IMG/VR virus record: IMGVR_UViG_3300025840_003125
DNA length: 64,000 bases
From: a virus
Direction: 5' to 3' (one strand)
Shown here: one piece after another, positions 9,718 through 19,219 of the stretch
How positions within the stretch are numbered: position 1 is the stretch's first letter
Layout: every line of letters begins with the position of its first letter
Made by a program: the position numbers and the translations under genes
Notes under the pieces: generated by a model
What the model saw: only the letters and a program-made list of their open reading frames with translations
The model's database searches: none
What the model was told of the DNA's origin: nothing

Positions 9718-10577
9718 CTTAAATGTTTTAGTAAATTTTCTATTTTATCTTTTTGTTCAGTTAAACATTTTGCAGGTCTTTTCCAATATACAGGTCCACC
9801 ATCTTTAATAGATTTATCTCTTAAATAAATCACTTCTTTTCCTAACCATTTACATTCTTGTATAATTCTAGGTGCAGGATCAAAGTTAGGTTTAGTGTAA
9901 ACATAAGTGTCAAATAAACCTAATAGATTTTTAACAGGTACGAATACATGATTATGTTTTTGACTTATGTACTTATCTTTGTATGCTATGATACCATGTG
10001 ACGTATAATTTTTTATATGTTTTTCTACTTCTCTATAATATGTTTTATTTGTTCCTAAGAATAGATATTTAAATTGTATGTTATCTTCTATAGGTTTGTA
10101 TATACTAAAGTTTATTATTTTTTCAAATTGTTCGCCTACACCATTTACATATACCTCATGGTCGCATAAGTCAATTACTTCTTTGGGTTCATAAAAATCT
10201 AGTGCGATAGGATATTCTTTAACATGGTTTTCTGAATATACAGATATAAGTTTATTACTAAACAAACTGTGTAATGTTAATTTTTGTTCTTCAGTATAAC
10301 TATTGTAATCAAGGTATGCAAGTGTTAACATACTTCTACCCATAATCAAAGTTACGTCATCTGACCGTGGCATATAGTCATTAAACACTATGTTTTCAAA
10401 CTTTGTATAACACTCATTTATTGCGTCAATGTAATCTTGTATTATGTGTTTTTTATTGGGTATAACAATCAGTTTGGCACTTATACCTAGGTCGTTGAGA
10501 AAACAACAATGTTCATAACTGTAATGAAACAGACCATCACCTGGTTTACTTGTACATACTATATTTACATTTTTCAT
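9714..10577 (-). CDS. Putative GT-B glycosyltransferase-like protein
   Basis: PGDG at the N-terminus and YVY...FDPAPRIIQECKWLGKEVI, which resembles a GT-B C-terminal motif. First gene of the minus-strand operon. Confidence 0.45.
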   Translation of the reverse strand: MKNVNIVCTSKPGDGLFHYSYEHCCFLNDLGISAKLIVIPNKKHIIQDYIDAINECYTKFENIVFNDYMPRSDDVTLIMGRSMLTLAYLDYNSYTEEQKLTLHSLFSNKLISVYSENHVKEYPIALDFYEPKEVIDLCDHEVYVNGVGEQFEKIINFSIYKPIEDNIQFKYLFLGTNKTYYREVEKHIKNYTSHGIIAYKDKYISQKHNHVFVPVKNLLGLFDTYVYTKPNFDPAPRIIQECKWLGKEVIYLRDKSIKDGGPVYWKRPAKCLTEQKDKIENLLKHLR

Positions 10578-10591
10578 AATATATTATAACA

Positions 10592-10607
10592 TATTTATGT
10601 ATAAATA
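10592..10607. promoter_or_regulatory. Back-to-back T4 late (gp55) promoters
   Basis: TATTTATGTATAAATA reads CATAAATA on minus (10599-10592) and TATAAATA on plus (10600-10607), in the gap between divergent operons. Confidence 0.8.
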
Positions 10608-10644
10608 TCAATAGAGGGTAGAGTAGAGAATTAAGGAATGAAGC

Positions 10645-12495
10645 TTGAAAAAGGTATATTTTACTCAAATAAACAATCTAATTGCTGACGCTATCTTTTT
10701 ACCGTTAAGTGTTGCTTACATATGGGAATATTGTAAGACACAGGTAACAGATTGGGAATTAGGAGACATCTTCTTTGAAAGAGAGTCCGTAGAGGACTAT
10801 CTAAAAAAGATTGACAATCCTGACATCTTAGCATTATCAACATACGTGTGGAACTGGGACATAACTTGTCAGTTAGCAAGAGCAGTCAAAAAGAAATATC
10901 CTAATTGCAAAATAGTAATGGGTGGACCACAAGTGCCATTCAAACAAAGTTGGTTAGAAGACAATACTGACCTATGCGATATTATAGTTACATATGCAGG
11001 TGAAAGAGCATTTGCTGAAATACTAAAAGGTAACTATACGTACCCAGGCGTAATGACAAAAGACTCTTATACGCCACCTAAACCAGATAAAGAATTAAAC
11101 GACATACCAAGTCCTTATTTAAGTGGGTTGATGGATAGTCTTATGCAACCTGGTAAACAATATAGTGCTATCATAGAAACTAATAGAGGTTGTCCATATA
11201 GTTGTTCTTTCTGCGATCAACAAGATTTATATTACAATAAGATTGCCATGTTTGATTATGATAGAGTAATAGGTGAGATAGATTGGATTGTAAAAAATAA
11301 AATTGACTTCTTATACTTTGGTGATAGTAATGTAGGTATGTTCAATAGAGATGTTGACTTTATAAGACACATCGCTAAACGTAGAAATGAAACTGGTTAT
11401 CCTAGACAGATAGATTATAGTACAGCAAAACAACAACCAAAACGTATTGTTGAGTTGGGTGAAATACTTAATAAAGAAGCAAAGATAAGACGTGGTGTTA
11501 CTATTGCTTTACAAAGTATGAATCCTAAAACATTAAAAGCAATCAAAAGAATTAATCTTGCAAATGAAAAATTAGAACAAATTGTTGGCGACTATAATAA
11601 AGCAGGTGTTGATAATTATTGTGAACTAATTGTAGGTTTACCTGAAGAAACATTAGACACATGGATTGAAGGTATAGGTAAGATACTAGAATTAGGAAGT
11701 GACCATGCGTTAACAGTACACCCTTTGAGTATTGTACCTAATACTCCTTTTTCTGATCCTGAATATAAAAACAAATACGGATACAAATATACAAAGACAG
11801 CTGCACCTGCAGGTGGTAATACTTATCCTAAAGATAGTAATGGTGAGATTGATTATGTTGCATATGAAAGTAAAAGTTTTAGTAAACAAGATTATATAGA
11901 CATGTATTTTTTCGCTAAAGGTCTTGTGATACCTCATCACTATCATGGTGTTAGTCAAGTTGCAGCCACATATCTTAACCGAGAACACAATGTACCATTT
12001 ATAGATTTTTATAAAAAACTATTTGAGTATAGTAGAAATGGTAATGGCATACTAAATGAAGAATATAAAAATCACACAAACAGTTTGAAACAAAGTTTAT
12101 TTGAAGATAAGACATGGGGTAGAACTATTGAAGGTGGCGATGATTTTCATATACAAGATAATGGTGCAACAGCTTCTTTCTTATATAAAAACATAGACAA
12201 GGTACATAAAGAAGTTATAGACATATGTAAGAAAGAATATAATGTAGATGTATCAGAAGCGTGCCAGTTTAACAAGCACATTATTGACACATACGAAAGA
12301 GATGATACAGAAAAACAATTTGATAAGAATTGGTATAGTTGGTTCTACGATAACAAACCATTAGTCGCTGTTAATAATATCGTATCTGTAGCCGTTTATA
12401 AATATAAAGATATAGTAGACCACTCAAAGCATTTATTCTGGTGGGGAAGAAAAGCCAAGAGATGTTTTTTGAAATCAAAGGAGATTATGTTATGA
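10645..12495 (+). CDS. Cobalamin-binding (class B-type) radical SAM protein 1
   Basis: N-terminal B12-binding domain (LPLSVAYI, STYVWN, IVMGGPQV, GE), PSPYL, ETNRGCPYSCSFC, DSNVG, ELIVGLPEET. TTG start with AAGGA upstream. Confidence 0.9.
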   Translation: MKKVYFTQINNLIADAIFLPLSVAYIWEYCKTQVTDWELGDIFFERESVEDYLKKIDNPDILALSTYVWNWDITCQLARAVKKKYPNCKIVMGGPQVPFKQSWLEDNTDLCDIIVTYAGERAFAEILKGNYTYPGVMTKDSYTPPKPDKELNDIPSPYLSGLMDSLMQPGKQYSAIIETNRGCPYSCSFCDQQDLYYNKIAMFDYDRVIGEIDWIVKNKIDFLYFGDSNVGMFNRDVDFIRHIAKRRNETGYPRQIDYSTAKQQPKRIVELGEILNKEAKIRRGVTIALQSMNPKTLKAIKRINLANEKLEQIVGDYNKAGVDNYCELIVGLPEETLDTWIEGIGKILELGSDHALTVHPLSIVPNTPFSDPEYKNKYGYKYTKTAAPAGGNTYPKDSNGEIDYVAYESKSFSKQDYIDMYFFAKGLVIPHHYHGVSQVAATYLNREHNVPFIDFYKKLFEYSRNGNGILNEEYKNHTNSLKQSLFEDKTWGRTIEGGDDFHIQDNGATASFLYKNIDKVHKEVIDICKKEYNVDVSEACQFNKHIIDTYERDDTEKQFDKNWYSWFYDNKPLVAVNNIVSVAVYKYKDIVDHSKHLFWWGRKAKRCFLKSKEIML

Positions 12496-13076
12496 TAAGA
12501 GTTGGCGATATAATACCAGATATAAAAACTATGCACAAAGATAGTGCAGCCACAAACTGGTATTCTACACACGAATTATTTAAAGATAAAAAGATATTAC
12601 TAATAGGATTGCCTGGCGTATTTCTTGTTGAGTATGCAGCCACACATTTAAAAGCATACGACTTCTATTACAGCAAGATAAGAGAACTAGGTATTGATGA
12701 AGTATATTTTACAAGTGTTGATAATTGTTACGTACAAAACGCATATCACAAATCAGAAAATTTATCGTACCTAAAAAACTTACCTGACCCTAATGGTGAT
12801 TGGGCCACATCTATAGGTATGTTAGAGAGTATGAGTAAAGAAGGATTAGGAAATTGTAGTCATAGATACGCTATGATTATAGACAATCTAATTATGAAAC
12901 ATTGTAAGTATGAAGACTTTACACACAACCCTATGACGTGTTTTCAAGTATCAGACGCTGATACAATGATTAAGTATTTAGAAATTATACAAACAAATTA
13001 TGAAAGGTTTAATGATGACGCCAGAGATAAGGTTGACGTCCTTGGAAGAAACAAGATCAGCACCGTATTGTCGTGA
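12492..13076 (+). CDS. Prx5-type peroxiredoxin homolog lacking the peroxidatic Cys
   Basis: Start MIRVGD at 12492. FKDKKILLIGLPGVF, GIDEVYFTSVDN, PDPNGDW, SHRYAMIID, FQVSDA match Prx5, but PGAFTPTC is replaced by PGVFLVEY. Confidence 0.8.
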   Translation: MIRVGDIIPDIKTMHKDSAATNWYSTHELFKDKKILLIGLPGVFLVEYAATHLKAYDFYYSKIRELGIDEVYFTSVDNCYVQNAYHKSENLSYLKNLPDPNGDWATSIGMLESMSKEGLGNCSHRYAMIIDNLIMKHCKYEDFTHNPMTCFQVSDADTMIKYLEIIQTNYERFNDDARDKVDVLGRNKISTVLS

Positions 13077-13656
13077 GCTAAAAACTCTTTGGTACGATAG
13101 AGAATATCTATTAAATCATTTAGAGAATATAGACGAAAACAATTGGTATCTGTTTGATTGTGGTCATATAAGATGGACTGTACAAGAGGCATTTAATGCT
13201 AGACGAGAATGTAAAAACTATCCTTTTAGTGAGTTTCATTATGAGTTGATAAATCTTTTTACACCTGCAATATCTTTTGATACTGTATTGTACACACAAA
13301 CAGCAATAGGTGGTGCACCACCACACCAAGATAGAAACAGACCTACTGCTTTAAACTTTGCAATACGAGGTGAGTTTAGTGATACAAGTCCACAAGTTTT
13401 CTATGATAGTTTTGATAGAAGTACAGAAAAGTATAGAATGACATATGAGAAAAATGATATTACAAATGAATTTGCACCTTGGATATTTAAAGGTCCTGAA
13501 ATACATGGTGTAGAAAACAAGACAGAAAAAAATAGAATTATTATAACTTGTGCTTGGCGACATAATAGTTATGAAGATATAGAAAAAAGATTACTAGATG
13601 GTACGTTAGTAAACTGGGAACAGAATGAAAAAAACAAAAGGATAAAATTTATATGA
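13012..13656 (+). CDS. 2OG-Fe(II) dioxygenase-like protein 1
   Basis: PPHQD...ALNFAI...IHGVEN...RIII (HxD...H...R). Start position uncertain. Confidence 0.7.
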   Translation: MMTPEIRLTSLEETRSAPYCRELKTLWYDREYLLNHLENIDENNWYLFDCGHIRWTVQEAFNARRECKNYPFSEFHYELINLFTPAISFDTVLYTQTAIGGAPPHQDRNRPTALNFAIRGEFSDTSPQVFYDSFDRSTEKYRMTYEKNDITNEFAPWIFKGPEIHGVENKTEKNRIIITCAWRHNSYEDIEKRLLDGTLVNWEQNEKNKRIKFI

Positions 13657-14306
13657 GCAGTGTAGATAGAACAAACAAAGCGCTTCAAAGACTTTCTACT
13701 ATGGGTGATTGGTTGCAAATGAAACAACACATTAATACTAGACAGATAATGAAAGACCTTGAGCCATACAAAGACTCATGGAAACCTTACAATTTAAGAA
13801 ACCCAAATAACAGGTGGGGATTAAGTGTAACAAGTTTAGATGGCAAGTTAAGTGGTATACCTGATTTAGATAGTTTACTACAATACAATAAGATACATGG
13901 TACTAGTATTACAAATCATCACATAAAAGAATACACCGAAGTATATGATAACTCAAAAGAATTACAGAAACTCATTGAACCATGGAAACCTTGGTTAGGG
14001 AGATGTCACTTTCTAAAACTAAACACAGGTGGTTATTTTCCTGAACACTATGATGTAAACAAATTAGAATATGGTTATGATGAAATAAGATTTATTGCTT
14101 TCATTAACAGGTGTGATAAAAAAGATTTAAAGTTTATATACGAGGATACAGTTAGAGATGTTAAAGATGGCCAGATGTTTTTCTTTAACGCAAACAAAAG
14201 ACATTCAGTTTTTAGTACATCGGACGATATTATTATGTTAGTATTTTGTATGAAGTTTGATGAACATTTATTTGAAAGATTAATAGAACAATATAGGTAT
14301 GCGTAA
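13653..14306 (+). CDS. 2OG-Fe(II) dioxygenase 2 (Asp/Asn beta-hydroxylase-like)
   Basis: GRCHFLKLNTGGYFPEHYD...FFNANKRHSVF. Confidence 0.75.
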   Translation: MSSVDRTNKALQRLSTMGDWLQMKQHINTRQIMKDLEPYKDSWKPYNLRNPNNRWGLSVTSLDGKLSGIPDLDSLLQYNKIHGTSITNHHIKEYTEVYDNSKELQKLIEPWKPWLGRCHFLKLNTGGYFPEHYDVNKLEYGYDEIRFIAFINRCDKKDLKFIYEDTVRDVKDGQMFFFNANKRHSVFSTSDDIIMLVFCMKFDEHLFERLIEQYRYA

Positions 14307-14839
14307 TGTGGTATCATAAAAAATTTAAATTACAATACGATAAAAACGTTTTCAATGAGATAATTGAATATGCTGAAAGAGCAACATGGAGACAAGGGTA
14401 CGATCAAAATGGTTTACTTTGGAATGTTGAAGAACTACCTTTAAACCCTAAACAGTTTCCTATACTAAATGAATTGTATGAAGGTCTAAATACAGAATTT
14501 AAAAGACCATCATTTTTTATTAGTAATGTGAAACCTGGTGGGTTAGTAAACCATATTGACCACAACAAATGGGGCAATCTAGGTATACCTTTGAAAGGTG
14601 ATTTTGAAAATACACCTCAATACTTTTACGATCAATTCAATCATCCAGTAGAGTCATTCGTAGTTGATAGTCCTGTTATATTCAATACACGTATGTTACA
14701 CGCTGTACCTAGACAGTTAACTGATACAGGACCTAGATGGGTATTGATGATGGATTTATTTGAGTGGGTTGATAAATTGTTTGCAAAGATTGACAACAAA
14801 ACTATATGGACAGACACAAAGAATTTCAAAAATGCGTAA
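14306..14839 (+). CDS. 2OG-Fe(II) dioxygenase-like protein 3
   Basis: PGGLVNHID...IFNTRMLHAV...PRWVL. Confidence 0.7.
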   Translation: MWYHKKFKLQYDKNVFNEIIEYAERATWRQGYDQNGLLWNVEELPLNPKQFPILNELYEGLNTEFKRPSFFISNVKPGGLVNHIDHNKWGNLGIPLKGDFENTPQYFYDQFNHPVESFVVDSPVIFNTRMLHAVPRQLTDTGPRWVLMMDLFEWVDKLFAKIDNKTIWTDTKNFKNA

Positions 14840-16496
14840 CTTCTATTTTCTACAGATACCTTTAGGTACAGACGCAGCCTATCTGCCACAAGCAGTAGGT
14901 ACGATCTGGTCTTATTGTAATCAGTTTGAAGAAGTACGAAAGAAATATAAACTTGCAGGTGTATGGTGGAACAAAGAGATTGATATAGTTGAACCTGATT
15001 TTATAGCTGCAAGTTGTTATATGTGGAACTGGAAAATAACATATGACGCATTGAAAGAAATAAAAAAGAAGTATCCTAAATGTAGAATAGTTGTAGGTGG
15101 ACCTGAACCACAATATACATCAGAATGGTGTAAAAAACATCCTGAAATAGACGCTGTGTTAGCATACTATGGTGAAGAAACAATGAGAAGATTACTAGTA
15201 GATGATGAACTTAACATACCAGGTGTTGTTACAAAAGACTTTAACAATGCAGCCGAGGCAGAATATGCCGACCCTAAAATGATACCTAGTCCTTATCTTA
15301 ATGGTTTCTTTGATAGTTTACTAGAAGGCAACACACAAAAAGTCAGAGCAATCTTTGAAGGCAATAGAGGTTGTCCTTATACTTGTTCTTTCTGTGACAT
15401 AGGCCATAAGAAATATACAAAGATACAAATGTTTGAAACAGAAAAATGTTTAAAAGAACTAAAATGGATGTGTGATAGAAATGTAACTGCTATAGATGTA
15501 GCAGATAGTAACTTTGGTATATTTCCTAGAGATGAAAAACTTGTAGATTTTGTAGTAGAACAAAAGAAGGCAGGTAAATTCAATGGTAGATTTATGCCTA
15601 CGTGGGCTAAGACACATGGTGAAAAGATAATGAAGTTAGCAAAGAAATTGCAAGACGCAAATGTAGATGACACTTTTGGTTTTAGTTTACAATCTACAAA
15701 TCCTGAAACTTTAGATAATGTCAATAGAAGAAATGCGTTTGATATTAAGAGTTTCAAACCTATCATAAAGAATTTAAAAGACAAAGGTGTTTCATCATAT
15801 ACAGAATTAATCTTTCCTTTGCCTGGTGATAGTTTAGAAACATTTAAGTATGGTCTACACGAAATAGTTGACATGCCTGCACCATTTGATATGATACAGA
15901 TTAATACTTTAAGTAGATTAAGTAATACAGAATTTAACACAGGTTTTCCTGAAATGATATGGCAAAATATTAAAGGTACTGCAAAGCCATATAACAATGA
16001 TGTAATAGATGAGATTGCTGTTGCAACAGATAAGATGACAAGAGATCAAGTCTTTGAAGGTTTCTTTTATAGTAGAAGTTTCTTAATACCAATGTACTGG
16101 TATGGTCTAGCAAAGTATCATGCTGATTGTTATTATGAAATTAATGGTAATAGAAGTGAATTATTTAAAGACATATATTCAAAACTATTTAAAAACAAAA
16201 CATTTATGAAACACAAACTAGATGTTAGAGAACATTATTTTAAAGCACTTAATGAGTACAAAGACATTGGATATAAGATACTTAATAAAGATATAAATTA
16301 TTATACAGATACAGCTTATTCTCACTTGTTCTATACCGAGAATAATATATTTGATGTGTTCAAAGAAATGTATCCAGAATATGATGAGATTATTGATCGC
16401 AACAAAAAAGATTTCAGACCTATTGACGATAAGATGGAATGGCTCAGAGATATACACGTTAGAGGTAGATTTAGTGAGTCTTGGAGAATAAAATGA
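14832..16496 (+). CDS. Cobalamin-binding radical SAM protein 2 (paralog of 10645)
   Basis: Start MRNFYF at 14832. YLPQAVG, SCYMWN, VVGGPEP, PSPYL, EGNRGCPYTCSFC, DSNFG, ELIFPLPGDS. Confidence 0.9.
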   Translation: MRNFYFLQIPLGTDAAYLPQAVGTIWSYCNQFEEVRKKYKLAGVWWNKEIDIVEPDFIAASCYMWNWKITYDALKEIKKKYPKCRIVVGGPEPQYTSEWCKKHPEIDAVLAYYGEETMRRLLVDDELNIPGVVTKDFNNAAEAEYADPKMIPSPYLNGFFDSLLEGNTQKVRAIFEGNRGCPYTCSFCDIGHKKYTKIQMFETEKCLKELKWMCDRNVTAIDVADSNFGIFPRDEKLVDFVVEQKKAGKFNGRFMPTWAKTHGEKIMKLAKKLQDANVDDTFGFSLQSTNPETLDNVNRRNAFDIKSFKPIIKNLKDKGVSSYTELIFPLPGDSLETFKYGLHEIVDMPAPFDMIQINTLSRLSNTEFNTGFPEMIWQNIKGTAKPYNNDVIDEIAVATDKMTRDQVFEGFFYSRSFLIPMYWYGLAKYHADCYYEINGNRSELFKDIYSKLFKNKTFMKHKLDVREHYFKALNEYKDIGYKILNKDINYYTDTAYSHLFYTENNIFDVFKEMYPEYDEIIDRNKKDFRPIDDKMEWLRDIHVRGRFSESWRIK

Positions 16497-17398
16497 TAAA
16501 CAAATTAATATGGAATAAAGTAGAAGAATTATTTTACTGGAACATATCAGTAGATAGCCCTATCAATCAATTACCTTTTACAATGGATTTTATTCTTGCT
16601 TGTCAAAAAGAATTTTCTATGACAGTAAGAGATAAAGAATACCCTATACATCTAGGTGGTATAATGGATTGGCACGATAAAACAATGGGCGATTTCGTAA
16701 AAGAAATAGATAAACAATATCAAAGTAATTACTTTGTAGCAGAAAATGGCACAAGTACAACAGGTGTCGTAGGTGAAATAAAAGATGTAAACGATAAACC
16801 TATTACAAACAAATGGAATATAAGAGGTGAAGCTCTTGTTAAAAGATTACAAGCAATGCAAAAAGAAAGACCTAATTTAACAATATTAGATATGGGTTGT
16901 GGTGTAAATGAATATAAGAAACATTTAAATAATGTTACAGGCGTTGATCCATATAGAAAAGAAGCAGACATAATCTGTAGTCAAGCAGATTTTAAACCTG
17001 CTGATGATATAAAATGGGATGTAATTATATGTTTTGGTCCTCAAAACTGGTATACGTATGATGAACAATATAGAAACTTTATGACGTTAAAGAATTGTTT
17101 AGCACCTAGTGGTCTATTATTATGGTCACATGTTCATAATTACTATAAAGTATTTCAACCAGATCACCCACATGGTCATACTTGGATACATGGCGATTTA
17201 GAACATGCACAAAAAAATAGTGCGTTTTATTTTTATGATAGAAACTGGAAGTACACATGGTACTTTAACTGGACTGAACATGCTGTAAATACACTTGCAG
17301 GTCATGTAGGTTTAAAAATAAACAAAGTTGATTACGACCATTGTAATTTATACAGACCACCTATGTACAGAATATTTACGGAGATGACACATGGTTGA
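16493..17398 (+). CDS. Class I SAM methyltransferase with N-terminal acyl-carrier-protein-like domain
   Basis: ILDMGCG, GVDP, WDVIICFG, LAPSGLL. N-terminal MDFILACQKEFSM...KTMGDFVKEI resembles ACP helices II-IV. Confidence 0.7.
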   Translation: MINKLIWNKVEELFYWNISVDSPINQLPFTMDFILACQKEFSMTVRDKEYPIHLGGIMDWHDKTMGDFVKEIDKQYQSNYFVAENGTSTTGVVGEIKDVNDKPITNKWNIRGEALVKRLQAMQKERPNLTILDMGCGVNEYKKHLNNVTGVDPYRKEADIICSQADFKPADDIKWDVIICFGPQNWYTYDEQYRNFMTLKNCLAPSGLLLWSHVHNYYKVFQPDHPHGHTWIHGDLEHAQKNSAFYFYDRNWKYTWYFNWTEHAVNTLAGHVGLKINKVDYDHCNLYRPPMYRIFTEMTHG

Positions 17399-17999
17399 AC
17401 AAGGTAACTTCTTTGTCAAATGTCATAACATTTATTACAATCAACAATGGTTGATAGATGTATTAGATAGTTTGAAACCTAGTGATTGGGTAAACGGAGT
17501 TAGTAGAACAGGCGTAGCATGGAATGTTAGTGAGTGTAGAAATATACCATATGAGAATATGTGGAAAGATATTGTAGAGAATATGAATTTAGATCAAGTC
17601 GGTAGTACAGAAAGAACATTCCATGGTGAAAAACCATGGGCATTCTTTTCTAAATTACCACCAGGTGGTATAAATTTACACTACGACCACAGACGTTGGG
17701 GTGCAATATTATTTCCTGTAAGAGGTAAGTTTGAACTCACACCTCAAATATTTGCAACAGAAAACTATACAGAAATAGAAAGATTTAATTTTGAAAAAAG
17801 TAAGATACATGATAATGGTACACCTGTATTTTTTGATAGCAGAGTTTTACATGCTGTACCTACACCTTTAGATTTAGAGGAAGAAAGAGTTGTATTTTCT
17901 GTTAACATACACTCACATCCTACAGAAATGTTTAAGAAAGCTGTTGATGGTACATGGTTAAATAAGAATACAGAAAACATAGGTGTATCTAATGACTAA
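17391..17999 (+). CDS. 2OG-Fe(II) dioxygenase-like protein 4
   Basis: PPGGINLHYD...FFDSRVLHAV...ERVVFSV. Paralog of 14306. Confidence 0.7.
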   Translation: MVEQGNFFVKCHNIYYNQQWLIDVLDSLKPSDWVNGVSRTGVAWNVSECRNIPYENMWKDIVENMNLDQVGSTERTFHGEKPWAFFSKLPPGGINLHYDHRRWGAILFPVRGKFELTPQIFATENYTEIERFNFEKSKIHDNGTPVFFDSRVLHAVPTPLDLEEERVVFSVNIHSHPTEMFKKAVDGTWLNKNTENIGVSND

Positions 18000-18558
18000 T
18001 TTCTATTCTATACAAGCAGATAAAATGAAATTTAATTTAGATATGTTAGTTGATCTATACAAAACAGTAGATCAAACAAAGTGGGTACATAGACAAGATA
18101 AGTTACCACAGTATTGGCCTATTGATGAAAACAGCACGTTTGATCGTAACCATGAATTTTACAGACTACTAAAAGAAAACATAAATGCTGATATAGATGA
18201 AACGAGAGTATATTTCAGTAGAGTACATCCAGGTGGTATACCTAACCATTGGGATTTTGAAAATTTTACTAAACTACAATTTCCTGTTATATGTGATGAA
18301 GAAGATAACGATTGGTCAAAGTCGCCTGTTATCTTTATAGATCAATTTGACCAAGTTGTAGAAAGAGTAGAACATACGAATAATACGCCTATAATTTATA
18401 GTGCGAATTACATGCACGGAACAATCAAATCTTTAGATAATACAAACGATAGAATTACTTTTGTTGTTGATATTAAGTATTGGTTTGCCAGAGTTAGATC
18501 AAAATATAACAACGGTACTTTGTTTACAAACAACAAAGCGTTTTGGAGTATGGCATGA
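17992..18558 (+). CDS. 2OG-Fe(II) dioxygenase-like protein 5
   Basis: HPGGIPNHWD...YMHGTI...DRITFVV. FxDQF motif shared with 14306. Confidence 0.7.
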   Translation: MTNFYSIQADKMKFNLDMLVDLYKTVDQTKWVHRQDKLPQYWPIDENSTFDRNHEFYRLLKENINADIDETRVYFSRVHPGGIPNHWDFENFTKLQFPVICDEEDNDWSKSPVIFIDQFDQVVERVEHTNNTPIIYSANYMHGTIKSLDNTNDRITFVVDIKYWFARVRSKYNNGTLFTNNKAFWSMA

Positions 18559-19211
18559 ACAGGTGGGATATAACTGTTAAACAAAGTAACTATGATTTCA
18601 ATCCTTTTAGAGAAAGCGATCATGGTAAATACTTTAAGACAGTTACAAACATTTATGAGGACTGGTCAAAGGAATTAGAATATGCAAACAAGCAACAATA
18701 TGATTTCTATTGGCCTAGTCCTGTAAAACCAGGTGGCGATCATTTTGATTATGAGTATGAAAATAAACTAGTAGAAGATTGGGGTATACCTAAAGACTTT
18801 GTAATCTACAGAATGTGGACTGCAACAAAGAAAGAGTGTCCTATATTGTGTGGTCTAGCAGACAAGTTAGGTTTAGAAGACGCACAGGTAAATATACAAA
18901 CTCAAACTACAGGTATGATGTTACATTTACATATTGATAGTTTAACAGGTTTAAGAAAAGAGAGAAAAGATCAATCATCAAGCAGAGCAACTGATCCTGA
19001 ATGGGGTAGAGTTTTTGTTATGTTAGAAGATTGGAAACCAGGTCATATTATTCAATTTGGGAATACATATGTACCACCATGGAAAGCAGGTGATGTAGTA
19101 TGGTTTGATTGGGCAAACATACCACATAGTACTGCTAACACAGGACCATGGCCTAGAACAATTGCAAAAATAACAGGTAAACAAACGCCTAAATATAAAA
19201 AACTACTATAG
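18555..19211 (+). CDS. 2OG-Fe(II) dioxygenase-like protein 6
   Basis: GMMLHLHID...WKAGDVVWFDWANIPHSTANTGPWPR. Confidence 0.72.
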   Translation: MNRWDITVKQSNYDFNPFRESDHGKYFKTVTNIYEDWSKELEYANKQQYDFYWPSPVKPGGDHFDYEYENKLVEDWGIPKDFVIYRMWTATKKECPILCGLADKLGLEDAQVNIQTQTTGMMLHLHIDSLTGLRKERKDQSSSRATDPEWGRVFVMLEDWKPGHIIQFGNTYVPPWKAGDVVWFDWANIPHSTANTGPWPRTIAKITGKQTPKYKKLL

Positions 19212-19219
19212 GATAAATT

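Noticed and set aside
15377-15997. 206 aa antisense ORF and similar short overlapping ORFs across the window
   Set aside because: Each lies wholly inside a well-supported gene and has no recognisable motif.
10578-19219. Cobalamin riboswitch upstream of the operon or of the BtuB-like gene
   Set aside because: The intergenic gaps (67 nt and 8 nt) are too short and AT-rich, and no B12 box is visible.
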